This document shows, piece after piece, positions 8,890 through 16,732 of a DNA stretch of 34,494 bases. The position numbers were made by a program, and so were the translations under genes. Below the pieces are notes generated by a model that worked only from the letters and a program-made list of their open reading frames with translations, was not told the DNA's origin and did no database searches. Source of the stretch: Candidatus Nanoarchaeia archaeon (GTDB lineage: Archaea; Nanobdellota; Nanobdellia; Woesearchaeales; DATDTY01). Position 1 is the first letter of the stretch. The number at the start of each line of letters is the position of its first letter. The DNA is taken from the NCBI GenBank assembly GCA_035290625.1, contig DATDTY010000028.1, positions 1-34,494 of the forward strand, in the 5' to 3' direction.

Positions 8890-9278
8890 ACCACGTCCTC
8901 TAATTCCAAGAGTTTATAGCCAGAATTCAGTATAAGCTGGTAGAGCAGATCCTCTAGATCCGTATCCGCTATGGCTTGGTCAACGTGTTTTATTTGTAAT
9001 GTAAGGCTGCTGTTTTTAATGTTAAACGATCCACTCATAACGGGATTGAAATAATCAGCCAAGGTTCTTATTGCCAGGCCATGGCGTTCAGCCAAGGTGT
9101 AAAAGTTATCTATCACATTGAAATGATTAGCATTTCCTGCCTGGCACGTAAGATAAAACTCAGGATACTGGGAATCCTGAAATAGGACAAAACAGCCATT
9201 TTGAGAGGTCTCGATATCTATAAGGTTAGTTAATTCTCCATTGCGCTGGGAGAGCAGAGTGAAGTACGGCAGGCTCAT
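8880..9278 (-). CDS. Hypothetical protein
   Basis: Fills the gap between yjjX and the GTPase. GAAAAGC-TTTAACTA promoter 22 nt upstream of the ATG at 9278. No family recognised. Confidence 0.6.
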   Translation of the reverse strand: MSLPYFTLLSQRNGELTNLIDIETSQNGCFVLFQDSQYPEFYLTCQAGNANHFNVIDNFYTLAERHGLAIRTLADYFNPVMSGSFNIKNSSLTLQIKHVDQAIADTDLEDLLYQLILNSGYKLLELEDVVYP

Positions 9279-9375
9279 AGACAAGAGTGTTTTCATGGAA
9301 TAGTTAAAGCTTTTCACAATACCGTATGCGAGAATAGAAAGCTAATTAAAGCCGAGACCTTCCACTCCTCGAAAG

Positions 9376-10005
9376 ATGAATTTCATAAAAAGGTTTATTC
9401 AGAAGGTATTCCAGAACATCTTCCGCAAGAAGAAGCATATCAAGCTAGGATTATACGGCCCCCCTAATGGAGGCAAGACAACCTTAGCCAATAGGATCTC
9501 CTTGGACTGGCTTGGAGAAGAGATGGGCTCGACTTCTTCAATAGCGCATGAGACGAGAGAGATCCAGATAAAGGAGAAGATAGACATCAAGAACAAAGGG
9601 AAAGAGCTGTCCTTCAATCTGGTGGATACACCAGGGATTGCGACTAAGATTGACTATGAGGAATTCATGAGGAAAGGGCTCGCAGAGAAGGATGCCAAGA
9701 AGCGTGCGAAAGAGGCCACAAGGGGGGTGATCGAGGCGATTAAATGGCTGGATGACATGGACGCAGTAGTGGTCATCATTGATGCCACCAAAGATCCGTA
9801 TTCCCAGGTTAATGTCACGATTATCGGCAACCTTCAGGCGAGGAACATACCGGTCATGATCGTTGCAAACAAAATAGATTTAAAAAGGTCAAGTATTAAG
9901 AAGATACAGGCAGCGTTCCCCCAGTACTCAGTCGTTGGGATTTCAGCGAAGTACGGGGACCATATGGATACCTTTTATGAGTCATTATTTGCATTAGTGG
10001 GGTAA
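9376..10005 (+). CDS. oapA: Era-like small GTPase OapA/ArvA
   Basis: GPPNGGKTT, HETRE, DTPG, ANKID, ISAK, AKEATRGVIEAIKWLD; first gene of the conserved archaeal triplet. Confidence 0.88.
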   Translation: MNFIKRFIQKVFQNIFRKKKHIKLGLYGPPNGGKTTLANRISLDWLGEEMGSTSSIAHETREIQIKEKIDIKNKGKELSFNLVDTPGIATKIDYEEFMRKGLAEKDAKKRAKEATRGVIEAIKWLDDMDAVVVIIDATKDPYSQVNVTIIGNLQARNIPVMIVANKIDLKRSSIKKIQAAFPQYSVVGISAKYGDHMDTFYESLFALVG

Positions 10006-10009
10006 GGAA

Positions 10010-10390
10010 ATGCTAACCATTCAATTTGTGCCGTATGGAGAAATGGAGCCGCTTCAGCCAGAGCAACGGATAAAAAAGGTTCTGGATGTTGCGAAGCAGG
10101 ACAAGATTGTGCTGCTCGAAGGAAGGTTGGCTAAGGAAGAGGAAGCTAACCTTATCTCCATGACCATGTCAGAGATCAACAACAAGTTCAAAGGCATTGA
10201 GCTGGCAGTGATTAACCCTGAAACCCTTGGCGCAGGCTTTGTCGGAAAGCTGAAGGGAACCATGGCTACGCTGCTTCTTGGCAACCGGGTAGGGTTCACC
10301 ATTATCGGGCCTGCGAGCATCGTGAAAGAGATCAAGAAGAACCCAAATAAGATTGAGATGTATATTAATGACCGCAAGAAGAGGAAATAA
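10010..10390 (+). CDS. oapB: DUF2073 protein OapB/ArvB
   Basis: IVLLEGRL..EEEA.LI..TM.EI...FKGIE...GFTIIGPA; operonic with the GTPase. Confidence 0.85.
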   Translation: MLTIQFVPYGEMEPLQPEQRIKKVLDVAKQDKIVLLEGRLAKEEEANLISMTMSEINNKFKGIELAVINPETLGAGFVGKLKGTMATLLLGNRVGFTIIGPASIVKEIKKNPNKIEMYINDRKKRK

Positions 10391-10392
10391 GC

Positions 10393-10773
10393 ATGCCTCA
10401 CCAATGTGTTAGGTGCAACACATTCTATGAAGACGGCGCTGACCAGATCCTGAAGGGTTGCCCCTGCGGTGCGCGGCTGTTTTTTTTTGTGAAAGCAGCG
10501 AAGCTGGAGGAAGCCAGGAAGAAAGCAGACGCATTGAACCTTACCGAAGATGACAAGCAGCAGATTGAGAGGGATATCCTGGATATTGTTGGGAGCAAGG
10601 TGGATGAAGACGAGCCGGTCTTCCTTGATATCGAGGCAATCAATGTTAAGCAGCCCGGGAAGTACGAGCTTGACTTAGTCCATCTATTCAAGAAGGATCC
10701 TCTCATCTTCAAGCTCGCTGAAGGGAAGTATGTGATTGATCTGGTTGAGAGCTTTGGCAGATTGAGGAAATAA
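10393..10773 (+). CDS. oapC: Zn-ribbon protein OapC/ArvC
   Basis: MPHQCVRC...ILKGCPCG..LF, PGKYELDL..LF, EGKYVIDL. Confidence 0.88.
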   Translation: MPHQCVRCNTFYEDGADQILKGCPCGARLFFFVKAAKLEEARKKADALNLTEDDKQQIERDILDIVGSKVDEDEPVFLDIEAINVKQPGKYELDLVHLFKKDPLIFKLAEGKYVIDLVESFGRLRK

Positions 10774-10778
10774 CGGAG

Positions 10779-11516
10779 TCAAGGAGCCGCAGCCTTCCAC
10801 ATCTCTTCGAAGAACTGCCGGTAGGACTGATAAACATCTTCTGATATTGTTTCTATTGCAATCAATCTTTGTGTGTAAAGAAAATTAACGATCCTGTTGT
10901 CGTATATAAGAATAAATGAATTGTTTTTTGTATCAATAAACCTATAGTTCATATGCTTGAAGTCCTTTGCGGCTTTTTTGACCTCTTTCTCGACATCTTT
11001 GTTGAACAATATTTTTGCTTTGATGCCTTGTTTTTCTCTCTGCTTATGAAAATTCAAGAACAGAAGATGCAGGGTTTCATTTGTGGGATCTCCTATCTGC
11101 CTGGCCCCAAAAACATAGTAGGTACCCCCTTTTTTCATTACCCTCAACAGTCTATCATAAACACCTTTGAATCCTTTATACCCTTCATACACATTAGTTT
11201 GTATTCTTTCTTCAGTCTCGTTTTGGATTGCCTTTAGCTCTGGAAGAATTGCCTCTACTTGTTTTTTCTTAGTATCTAACAATTGGACTAAGTGTTCTGG
11301 TGATGCTGCCTGAAAGTGCTTTTTATTTGCTATCATGATATAGCTGACCAAGCCTTTTTTGATGAGGTTATCAAGGCAGTAATATAACGCTGATACCTGG
11401 ATCCCTGTTTCTGCTGTAAGCTTCCATGAAGTGGATTTGCCCAGTTTTAATAGGGCGAGATATACCTTGATCTCATTTTTTGATAATCCAATCTCTTCCA
11501 GGATTCCTTTGAACAA
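10779..11516 (-). CDS. trmB: TrmB-family transcriptional regulator
   Basis: LEEIGLSKNEIKVYLALLKLG wHTH, VYEGYKGFK, C-terminal effector domain ending FFEEMWK. The start is a TTG with no obvious TATA. Confidence 0.85.
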   Translation of the reverse strand: MFKGILEEIGLSKNEIKVYLALLKLGKSTSWKLTAETGIQVSALYYCLDNLIKKGLVSYIMIANKKHFQAASPEHLVQLLDTKKKQVEAILPELKAIQNETEERIQTNVYEGYKGFKGVYDRLLRVMKKGGTYYVFGARQIGDPTNETLHLLFLNFHKQREKQGIKAKILFNKDVEKEVKKAAKDFKHMNYRFIDTKNNSFILIYDNRIVNFLYTQRLIAIETISEDVYQSYRQFFEEMWKAAAP

Positions 11517-11522
11517 AGTTGC

Positions 11523-11693
11523 TACATTGCGCTTGGCGGCGCGGCGTGGTTGGGTGCAACAACCCTTGAAAGCTTGCAGGGTACGCTATACAAGGGGATG
11601 AGAGATAGATACTTGGACATATTAAGCGACTTTAATCACTGGAGATACGCCAATGACGGGGAAGGGTATTGCAGAAAGCAACCAGAAGCTTAA
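11523..11693 (+). pseudogene. Possible orphan 3' gene fragment
   Basis: Open frame YIALGGAAWLGATTLESLQGTLYKGMRDRYLDILSDFNHWRYANDGEGYCRKQPEA*. There is no start codon between the in-frame stop at 11484 and the fragment, which abuts the trmB start. Confidence 0.3.
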
Positions 11694-11825
11694 GAATCTT
11701 TTTCATCTTAGAATTTTGTCCTCTCAAAAAGGAGGATTCATTCTCAATAGTATTCAAAAACAGGCTTAACAAGGTATTTAACAATGTATAAAACTTTATA
11801 AACTCCCATTCTCTGATAGGATTTC

Positions 11826-13721
11826 ATGATTTACAAGCCAAACCTCAAGAAGAAGCCTCTGATTAGTTCCAGGCAGTATACAAGGATGTATGATGAGTCC
11901 ATTCGAAACCCTTCGAGGTTCTGGAGAAAAATGGCTTCAGAGATTACATGGAAGAAGAAGTTCTCCGCCTCGTTCAGGAAAACGAGAGACGGAGCAGATT
12001 GGTTTATCGGAGGAAAATTAAACCTCAGCGTCAATTGCTTGGACAGGCATGCTGCAAAAAACCCATGGAAAACAGCATTATTCTGGGAAGGAGAGTTTGG
12101 AGAGCAGCTCAAATACACCTACCAGGAGCTTCTCATTGAAGTATGCAAGCTCGGAAATGTTCTGAAAAAAAGAGGTGTGAAGAAAGGAGATAAGGTATGC
12201 ATCTACATGCCTATGATTCCTGAAGCACTCATTGCAATGCTTGCCTGCGCAAGGATAGGGGCAGTTCATTCTGTCGTTTTTGCAGGCTTCAGCAGCCAGA
12301 GCCTTCGTGAGAGGATCGCAGACTCAAAGAGCAAGGTTGTAATCACAGCAGACGGAGGTTTCAGAAGAGGAAAGATCATTCCCTTGAAGGATATTGCGGA
12401 TAAGGCTGTTCATGGCTTAAGGTTTGTAAAGCATCTCCTTGTCGTTCAGCGTACCAACAGCAAAATTGCTTGGAAGCCGGAAAGGGATCTCTGGTGGGAG
12501 GAGGAGATGAAAGATGCTTCTGCTGTATGCGCTCCAGAATGGATGAGAAGCAATGATCCCCTCTTTATCCTCTACACCTCAGGCTCAACAGGCAAAGCAA
12601 GGGGAATCATGCATCTCAATGGAGGCTATGCAGTCTATGCTACAGCAACATTCAAATACATTTTTGATTACCAGGATGATGTCTACTGGTGCACAGCAGA
12701 TCTTGGATGGATCACAGGCCATACCTATCTTGTGTATGGCCCGCTATTGAACAATGCCACTCTCTTTATGTATGAGGGCGCTCCTGAGTATCCATCTCCG
12801 GATAGATGGTGGCAGCTCATAGAAAAGTATAGGGTGAATACGTTCTATACTTCGCCAACTGGCCTTCGTGCATTGCAGCGCTATGGAGATTCCTGGGTCG
12901 TGAAGCACGATCTCTCTTCCTTGCGGCTTCTAGGGAGCGTAGGCGAGACCATAGGCCCTGAAACCTGGAGATGGTTCTATACAGTTATTGGGAAGAAGAG
13001 ATGCCCTATTGTAGATACCTGGTGGCAGACTGAGACAGGAGGCATCATGATCTCTCCGCTTGCTTGTTTCTCCCTCAAGCCGGGATCTGCCATGAAGCCG
13101 TTTTTTGGAGTTGCTCCATTAATTGTTGACGAAAAAGGCAAGCCTGTAAAGCATGGAGAAAACGGACTCCTCACACTAACAAAGCCTTGGCCTGGCGCAG
13201 GAATAACCCTTGGAAAAGAAGGAGTCCACACCCATGAAAATTACCAGTTGAGCTTTAAGACTTTTTATCTGACTGGAGACCAGGCAAAGCAAGACAGAGA
13301 TGGAGATTACTGGCTGCTTGGCAGGATTGATAATGTGCTCAAGGTGGCCGGCCATCGCATAGGGGCAGCAGAGGTTGAAGCAAGCTTAGCTGCAGACAGC
13401 GCTGTTGCTGAGGCCGCAGTTGTGCCAGTTCCGCACAAAATCAAAGGCTCTGCTATAGCTGCATTTGTTGTGCTGAAGAAGGTCAAGAAAAGTGAAGCTC
13501 TAAAAAGCAGGCTGATTACGAGGGTAGCAGACTCTCTTGGCCATTTTGCAAAGCCAGACTCTGTCATTTTTGTAGATGAATTGCCGAAAAACAGGTCAGG
13601 CAAGATTGTGAGGGAAATCCTCAGGCAGATTGCTGCAGGAGAGAAGCCAGGAACATTTGAGACACTGGTGAATTCAGAGTGTGTAAAGAAGCTGATGCAT
13701 AAGCGCCTACGGATTGGATAA
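11826..13721 (+). CDS. acs: Acetate--CoA ligase (AMP-forming acetyl-CoA synthetase)
   Basis: NCLDRH, YTSGSTGK, ADLGWITGH, VDTWWQTETGG, GHRIG.AEVE, LPKNRSGKIVR. TTTATAAA promoter upstream. Confidence 0.95.
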   Translation: MIYKPNLKKKPLISSRQYTRMYDESIRNPSRFWRKMASEITWKKKFSASFRKTRDGADWFIGGKLNLSVNCLDRHAAKNPWKTALFWEGEFGEQLKYTYQELLIEVCKLGNVLKKRGVKKGDKVCIYMPMIPEALIAMLACARIGAVHSVVFAGFSSQSLRERIADSKSKVVITADGGFRRGKIIPLKDIADKAVHGLRFVKHLLVVQRTNSKIAWKPERDLWWEEEMKDASAVCAPEWMRSNDPLFILYTSGSTGKARGIMHLNGGYAVYATATFKYIFDYQDDVYWCTADLGWITGHTYLVYGPLLNNATLFMYEGAPEYPSPDRWWQLIEKYRVNTFYTSPTGLRALQRYGDSWVVKHDLSSLRLLGSVGETIGPETWRWFYTVIGKKRCPIVDTWWQTETGGIMISPLACFSLKPGSAMKPFFGVAPLIVDEKGKPVKHGENGLLTLTKPWPGAGITLGKEGVHTHENYQLSFKTFYLTGDQAKQDRDGDYWLLGRIDNVLKVAGHRIGAAEVEASLAADSAVAEAAVVPVPHKIKGSAIAAFVVLKKVKKSEALKSRLITRVADSLGHFAKPDSVIFVDELPKNRSGKIVREILRQIAAGEKPGTFETLVNSECVKKLMHKRLRIG

Positions 13722-14147
13722 TCCGTTAATTCTATCATTCCATGCTTCTACCCGAATGGAGTGAGACTCAGGAGCTGAAAGAGCGGCCTCAATGGACGAA
13801 AGCTCGTCAATTTCGTTCCTGAGCAGAGCAGCAAGGTCAGAATCGCTGCAGCTCTGAAGAACTGTCAGCTTATCCTTTTCAGTGTGATAAGGGAACAGGA
13901 TGGCAGCCTGGGCAATAGGGCCTTTCTTGAAAATGGTTACTCCATACCATCTACTTCCATCATCAGTATAAGTGTTGCACATGTGCGCATTGTCATCTGA
14001 TACAGTGAGCGCTGCCGCATGAAGCGCGTCATTATTGATTGAATGTGTTTGATAAAAAGTTCTGAGCTTGAGAATAACAGGAAAGGATGTCGTGTAGGAT
14101 TCATCAACTGGCCCAAGAGAGGGATATTGGACGAGGGTTTGCCCCAT
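13707..14147 (-). CDS. Hypothetical protein
   Basis: Long ORF downstream of tRNA-Pro. Start moved to MGQTLV so it does not run through the tRNA. No family recognised. Confidence 0.5.
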   Translation of the reverse strand: MGQTLVQYPSLGPVDESYTTSFPVILKLRTFYQTHSINNDALHAAALTVSDDNAHMCNTYTDDGSRWYGVTIFKKGPIAQAAILFPYHTEKDKLTVLQSCSDSDLAALLRNEIDELSSIEAALSAPESHSIRVEAWNDRINGLSNP

Positions 14148-14183
14148 AGAACCCAAAGGAGAAACTCCGGATATAAAAAGATA

Positions 14184-14256
14184 TGGGGTTGGGAGGATTC
14201 GAACCCCCATTGCCACCTCCCGAAGGTGGAGTGATACCAAGTTACACTACAACCCC
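14184..14256 (-). tRNA. tRNA-Pro (anticodon CGG), no intron, CCA not encoded
   Basis: GGGGTTG/CAACCCC-A acceptor stem, GTG/CAC D stem, CCACC-TTCGGGA-GGTGG anticodon arm, GGGGG-TTCGAAT-CCTCC T arm; 73 nt. Confidence 0.96.
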
Positions 14257-14771
14257 TTGATTTCGCTGAGCTGCTGCCTCTTTGTCCGGTTATTGAACGG
14301 CCCTACGACGTTTGCAATTACGCAACCATCGATCATATCGTCTTTTTTGGAGATATAGAGCTTCACCATATAAAACTTATCAGGATACCACTCAAAGCTG
14401 TCTGTCGGATTAACAAGCATATTCAATGCATTGTCAGGGGTATTTGCAGGAGCCCAGTTCGTTTCCTCAAGATTAAATCTTGCAAAGGTTGGAGATTCCA
14501 TCAAAGCTGTGAGAGTCTCCTTGGAATTCCATGTCAATGAATACGCTGTTGCTACCTCACATCCTTTCTGAGAGTGATAGGCAAGACCATGAATGCTCTC
14601 AGTTACTTGCGGGTCTTCAAGAAGCATATCAAGGAGTATCCTGCCTGCTTTCTTATGCTGCTTTGGGACTGGCTTGCCGTAAAAAGAAGTGATATAGCTG
14701 TCTTCTGATGAACACGCTGCCAGAGTCAGGAGCAGGAATGCTCTGCGATTGATATACTTTGACCGATCCAT
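14247..14771 (-). CDS. Hypothetical lipoprotein with twin-arginine-like signal
   Basis: N-terminus INRRAFLLLTLAAC (RRxFL plus lipobox LAAC). Own TATA-like box near 14791-14801. Stop codon lies inside the tRNA. Confidence 0.65.
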   Translation of the reverse strand: MDRSKYINRRAFLLLTLAACSSEDSYITSFYGKPVPKQHKKAGRILLDMLLEDPQVTESIHGLAYHSQKGCEVATAYSLTWNSKETLTALMESPTFARFNLEETNWAPANTPDNALNMLVNPTDSFEWYPDKFYMVKLYISKKDDMIDGCVIANVVGPFNNRTKRQQLSEIKGL

Positions 14772-14858
14772 GGAATGATGGATTGTTTTGTTTAATATAA
14801 ATGTATGGCAGGTTAAGCCAAGAACGGCGCCCTAGTGGAAAACTCAGCGCCACTACAA

Positions 14859-16658
14859 TCAAGCGCCACGACGCTCCCTAAGAGCATCCTCCATGATGTG
14901 CTGCTGTACCTTCCATCTGAGATTGTCAATCGCGCCCTCAACAAGGTTAGAGTAAACATGGTATCCAACAGCAATATCCTTATACGAATGCCGTATCTTA
15001 TGCTCATTCAAGCCAAAATGGAGCTTATACCAGTCCTTGTGCTGCTGCAAAGCTCTGACCCCATTCAATGCCTGCTCAAGCTGTTGTTCTGTAAAATGAA
15101 TCCTTCCATCAAACATGATTCCATTCTCCTTGAGGCTAGCCTGGACACGGAGCGTTCCTTTATTGATAGAGGATCGCGGAACATTATAAGAGGCAGCGAG
15201 CTCTGCATAGGTATGCTGTTTTCCGTCAACATACCCGTACTTATGAAAAAACATTTCAAGATAAGGCTGTGTGTTTTGATTTGCCTCCAAGATATGAGAA
15301 AGTTCATTTTTCATATGGAGTCTATACTGAATGTCAAGAGGACGATAATTAGCTTTCGCGCTTATCAGCCTAGAAATCGTTGTTTCAATTTGCCGGATTC
15401 TCTCCCTTGTTACTCCAAACTCATCACCAACCTCCTGCAAAGTGTGGCTGATGCCATCTTGAAGACCATAACGCATGCTAAAGACTGCTTTATCCCGCTC
15501 TGAGACCTGGCGTTTGTGTGTGAAGCGAAGATTGCCCAAAAGAGTTTCCAGCCTCTGCCTTTCTTCAGCATCTATGGCTGCTGCAGCAGGCGACGGAAGT
15601 TTTGTATCAGCGATAATTTCGTGGAAGGTATCATGCTCACCCTCCTTCAACAAATCATCCAAATGCATCGGCTCTTCATGAAAATTAAAATCAGGGCCAG
15701 AAGGAGTCCAGGTCATGTATTTGATATCACTCTTAATCTGGGAGAGCTTATATTGCGGCAATCCAGAGATGATCTGTTCTATGCTTGGCTCCACTCCACT
15801 CTCGTCTATAAACTTTAACACCCATTTTGCAATAGCATGCTGCCGCTCATAGACATGGACAGGAATCCGAATCGTAAACGCTTGATTGACGATTGCTCTC
15901 ATAATCGTCTGGTTGATCCACCATGTGGCGTAGGTGCTGAACTTCAATGGTGCTCCTGTCTCAGGATGGCGCTTCTCGGGGCTGTAATTGAATGCAGCGC
16001 GCTGCAACCCGAAGATTCCTTCCTGAAAAAGATCCATCGGCTCAAGGCTAGGGCAGTTTTTATAATTGGCAAGCACCTTCCCGTAAACAAGCCTAACATT
16101 AGCCTCTATGAGATCATCGATAGCTACTTCATCTCCCTCTCTCACTTGTTTCAGCAAAGCCTGTTCTTCCTCTCGGGTGAGCAGCGGCACTTGGCAAAGA
16201 TAGGTAAGAAAACGCTTCTCATGGCTTGGGCCATCTTCAGGAAAGAAAAGCTTCCGCTCTTTCCTTGCCATTTCAGACCGGAGATCTCTTCTTGGCTTTA
16301 TGCCTCCATTCTTAATCCTATCGGCAACTTTCTGTACGTCTCGAGGCGATAACCAGTAGGAATCTGAATTCGTTTCAGGCCTTATGGCAGCAAGCTCTCC
16401 TGCGAGAATCGCATCGTTGAGTTGTTCATAAGAAAGCCTATTCTTCTCCATTGCCTGAGGAATGGTGATATGCGTGCGATTCATCTTTGAAGAAGGCGCA
16501 AGCCGCTCTGAAGCATAGATAGGCTCATAGCCATACATGCGGAGAAGGGTAGCAACTGACTCTTCAGGAATCCCGGCTATTTCTGCAAGGTTATGAACCG
16601 GCAGATCCCTGTTGATTCGGATCAAATCCGCTGTGCTCAAGGCAATGCTTTCTGCCAT
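14859..16658 (-). CDS. RpoD-like sigma-70 family protein with extra HTH domains
   Basis: Region 1.2 YLCQVPLLTREEEQAL; region 2 LIEANVRLV, DLFQEG..GL, KFSTYATWWINQ; region 3 TIRIPVHVYE; region 4 MRYGLQDG..HTLQEVGDEFGVTRERIRQIE. Start at MAESIA (16658) inferred from TATA spacing. Confidence 0.93.
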   Translation of the reverse strand: MAESIALSTADLIRINRDLPVHNLAEIAGIPEESVATLLRMYGYEPIYASERLAPSSKMNRTHITIPQAMEKNRLSYEQLNDAILAGELAAIRPETNSDSYWLSPRDVQKVADRIKNGGIKPRRDLRSEMARKERKLFFPEDGPSHEKRFLTYLCQVPLLTREEEQALLKQVREGDEVAIDDLIEANVRLVYGKVLANYKNCPSLEPMDLFQEGIFGLQRAAFNYSPEKRHPETGAPLKFSTYATWWINQTIMRAIVNQAFTIRIPVHVYERQHAIAKWVLKFIDESGVEPSIEQIISGLPQYKLSQIKSDIKYMTWTPSGPDFNFHEEPMHLDDLLKEGEHDTFHEIIADTKLPSPAAAAIDAEERQRLETLLGNLRFTHKRQVSERDKAVFSMRYGLQDGISHTLQEVGDEFGVTRERIRQIETTISRLISAKANYRPLDIQYRLHMKNELSHILEANQNTQPYLEMFFHKYGYVDGKQHTYAELAASYNVPRSSINKGTLRVQASLKENGIMFDGRIHFTEQQLEQALNGVRALQQHKDWYKLHFGLNEHKIRHSYKDIAVGYHVYSNLVEGAIDNLRWKVQQHIMEDALRERRGA

Positions 16659-16732
16659 TCGCAGGAAGAGAACCTCTGTCTTATAAAAAGATTTCCGCAA
16701 CCTATAAATAGCCATTTCCCCTCAACCAGCAT
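16659..16732. promoter_or_regulatory. Divergent archaeal promoters for the sigma-like gene and polX
   Basis: Minus strand: CGGAAAT then TTTATAAG (16680-87), 21 nt from the ATG at 16658. Plus strand: TATAAATA (16703-10), 22 nt from the ATG at 16733. Confidence 0.7.

Noticed and set aside
4330..9336. 11-bp inverted match ATGCGAGAATA (4330-4340 and near 9326) as island termini
   Set aside because: Matches of this length are expected by chance in 34 kb, and there is no target duplication.
14148..14240. N-terminal extension of ORF 13707..14240 and ORF 14043..14234
   Set aside because: Both run through the tRNA-Pro gene; the tRNA cloverleaf is far better supported.
14835..16352. Long plus-strand ORFs (222, 100 and 171 aa) opposite the sigma-like gene
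   Set aside because: Antisense shadows with no recognisable motifs.
16659..16715. Upstream ATG giving a 618-aa sigma-like protein
   Set aside because: The extension spans the divergent TATA boxes; the ATG at 16658 fits the spacing used across the window.
13707..16715. tRNA-Pro-anchored integrated element carrying the sigma-like gene
   Set aside because: No duplicated tRNA fragment or integrase was found by eye, and the sigma-like gene lies on the 5' side of the tRNA.
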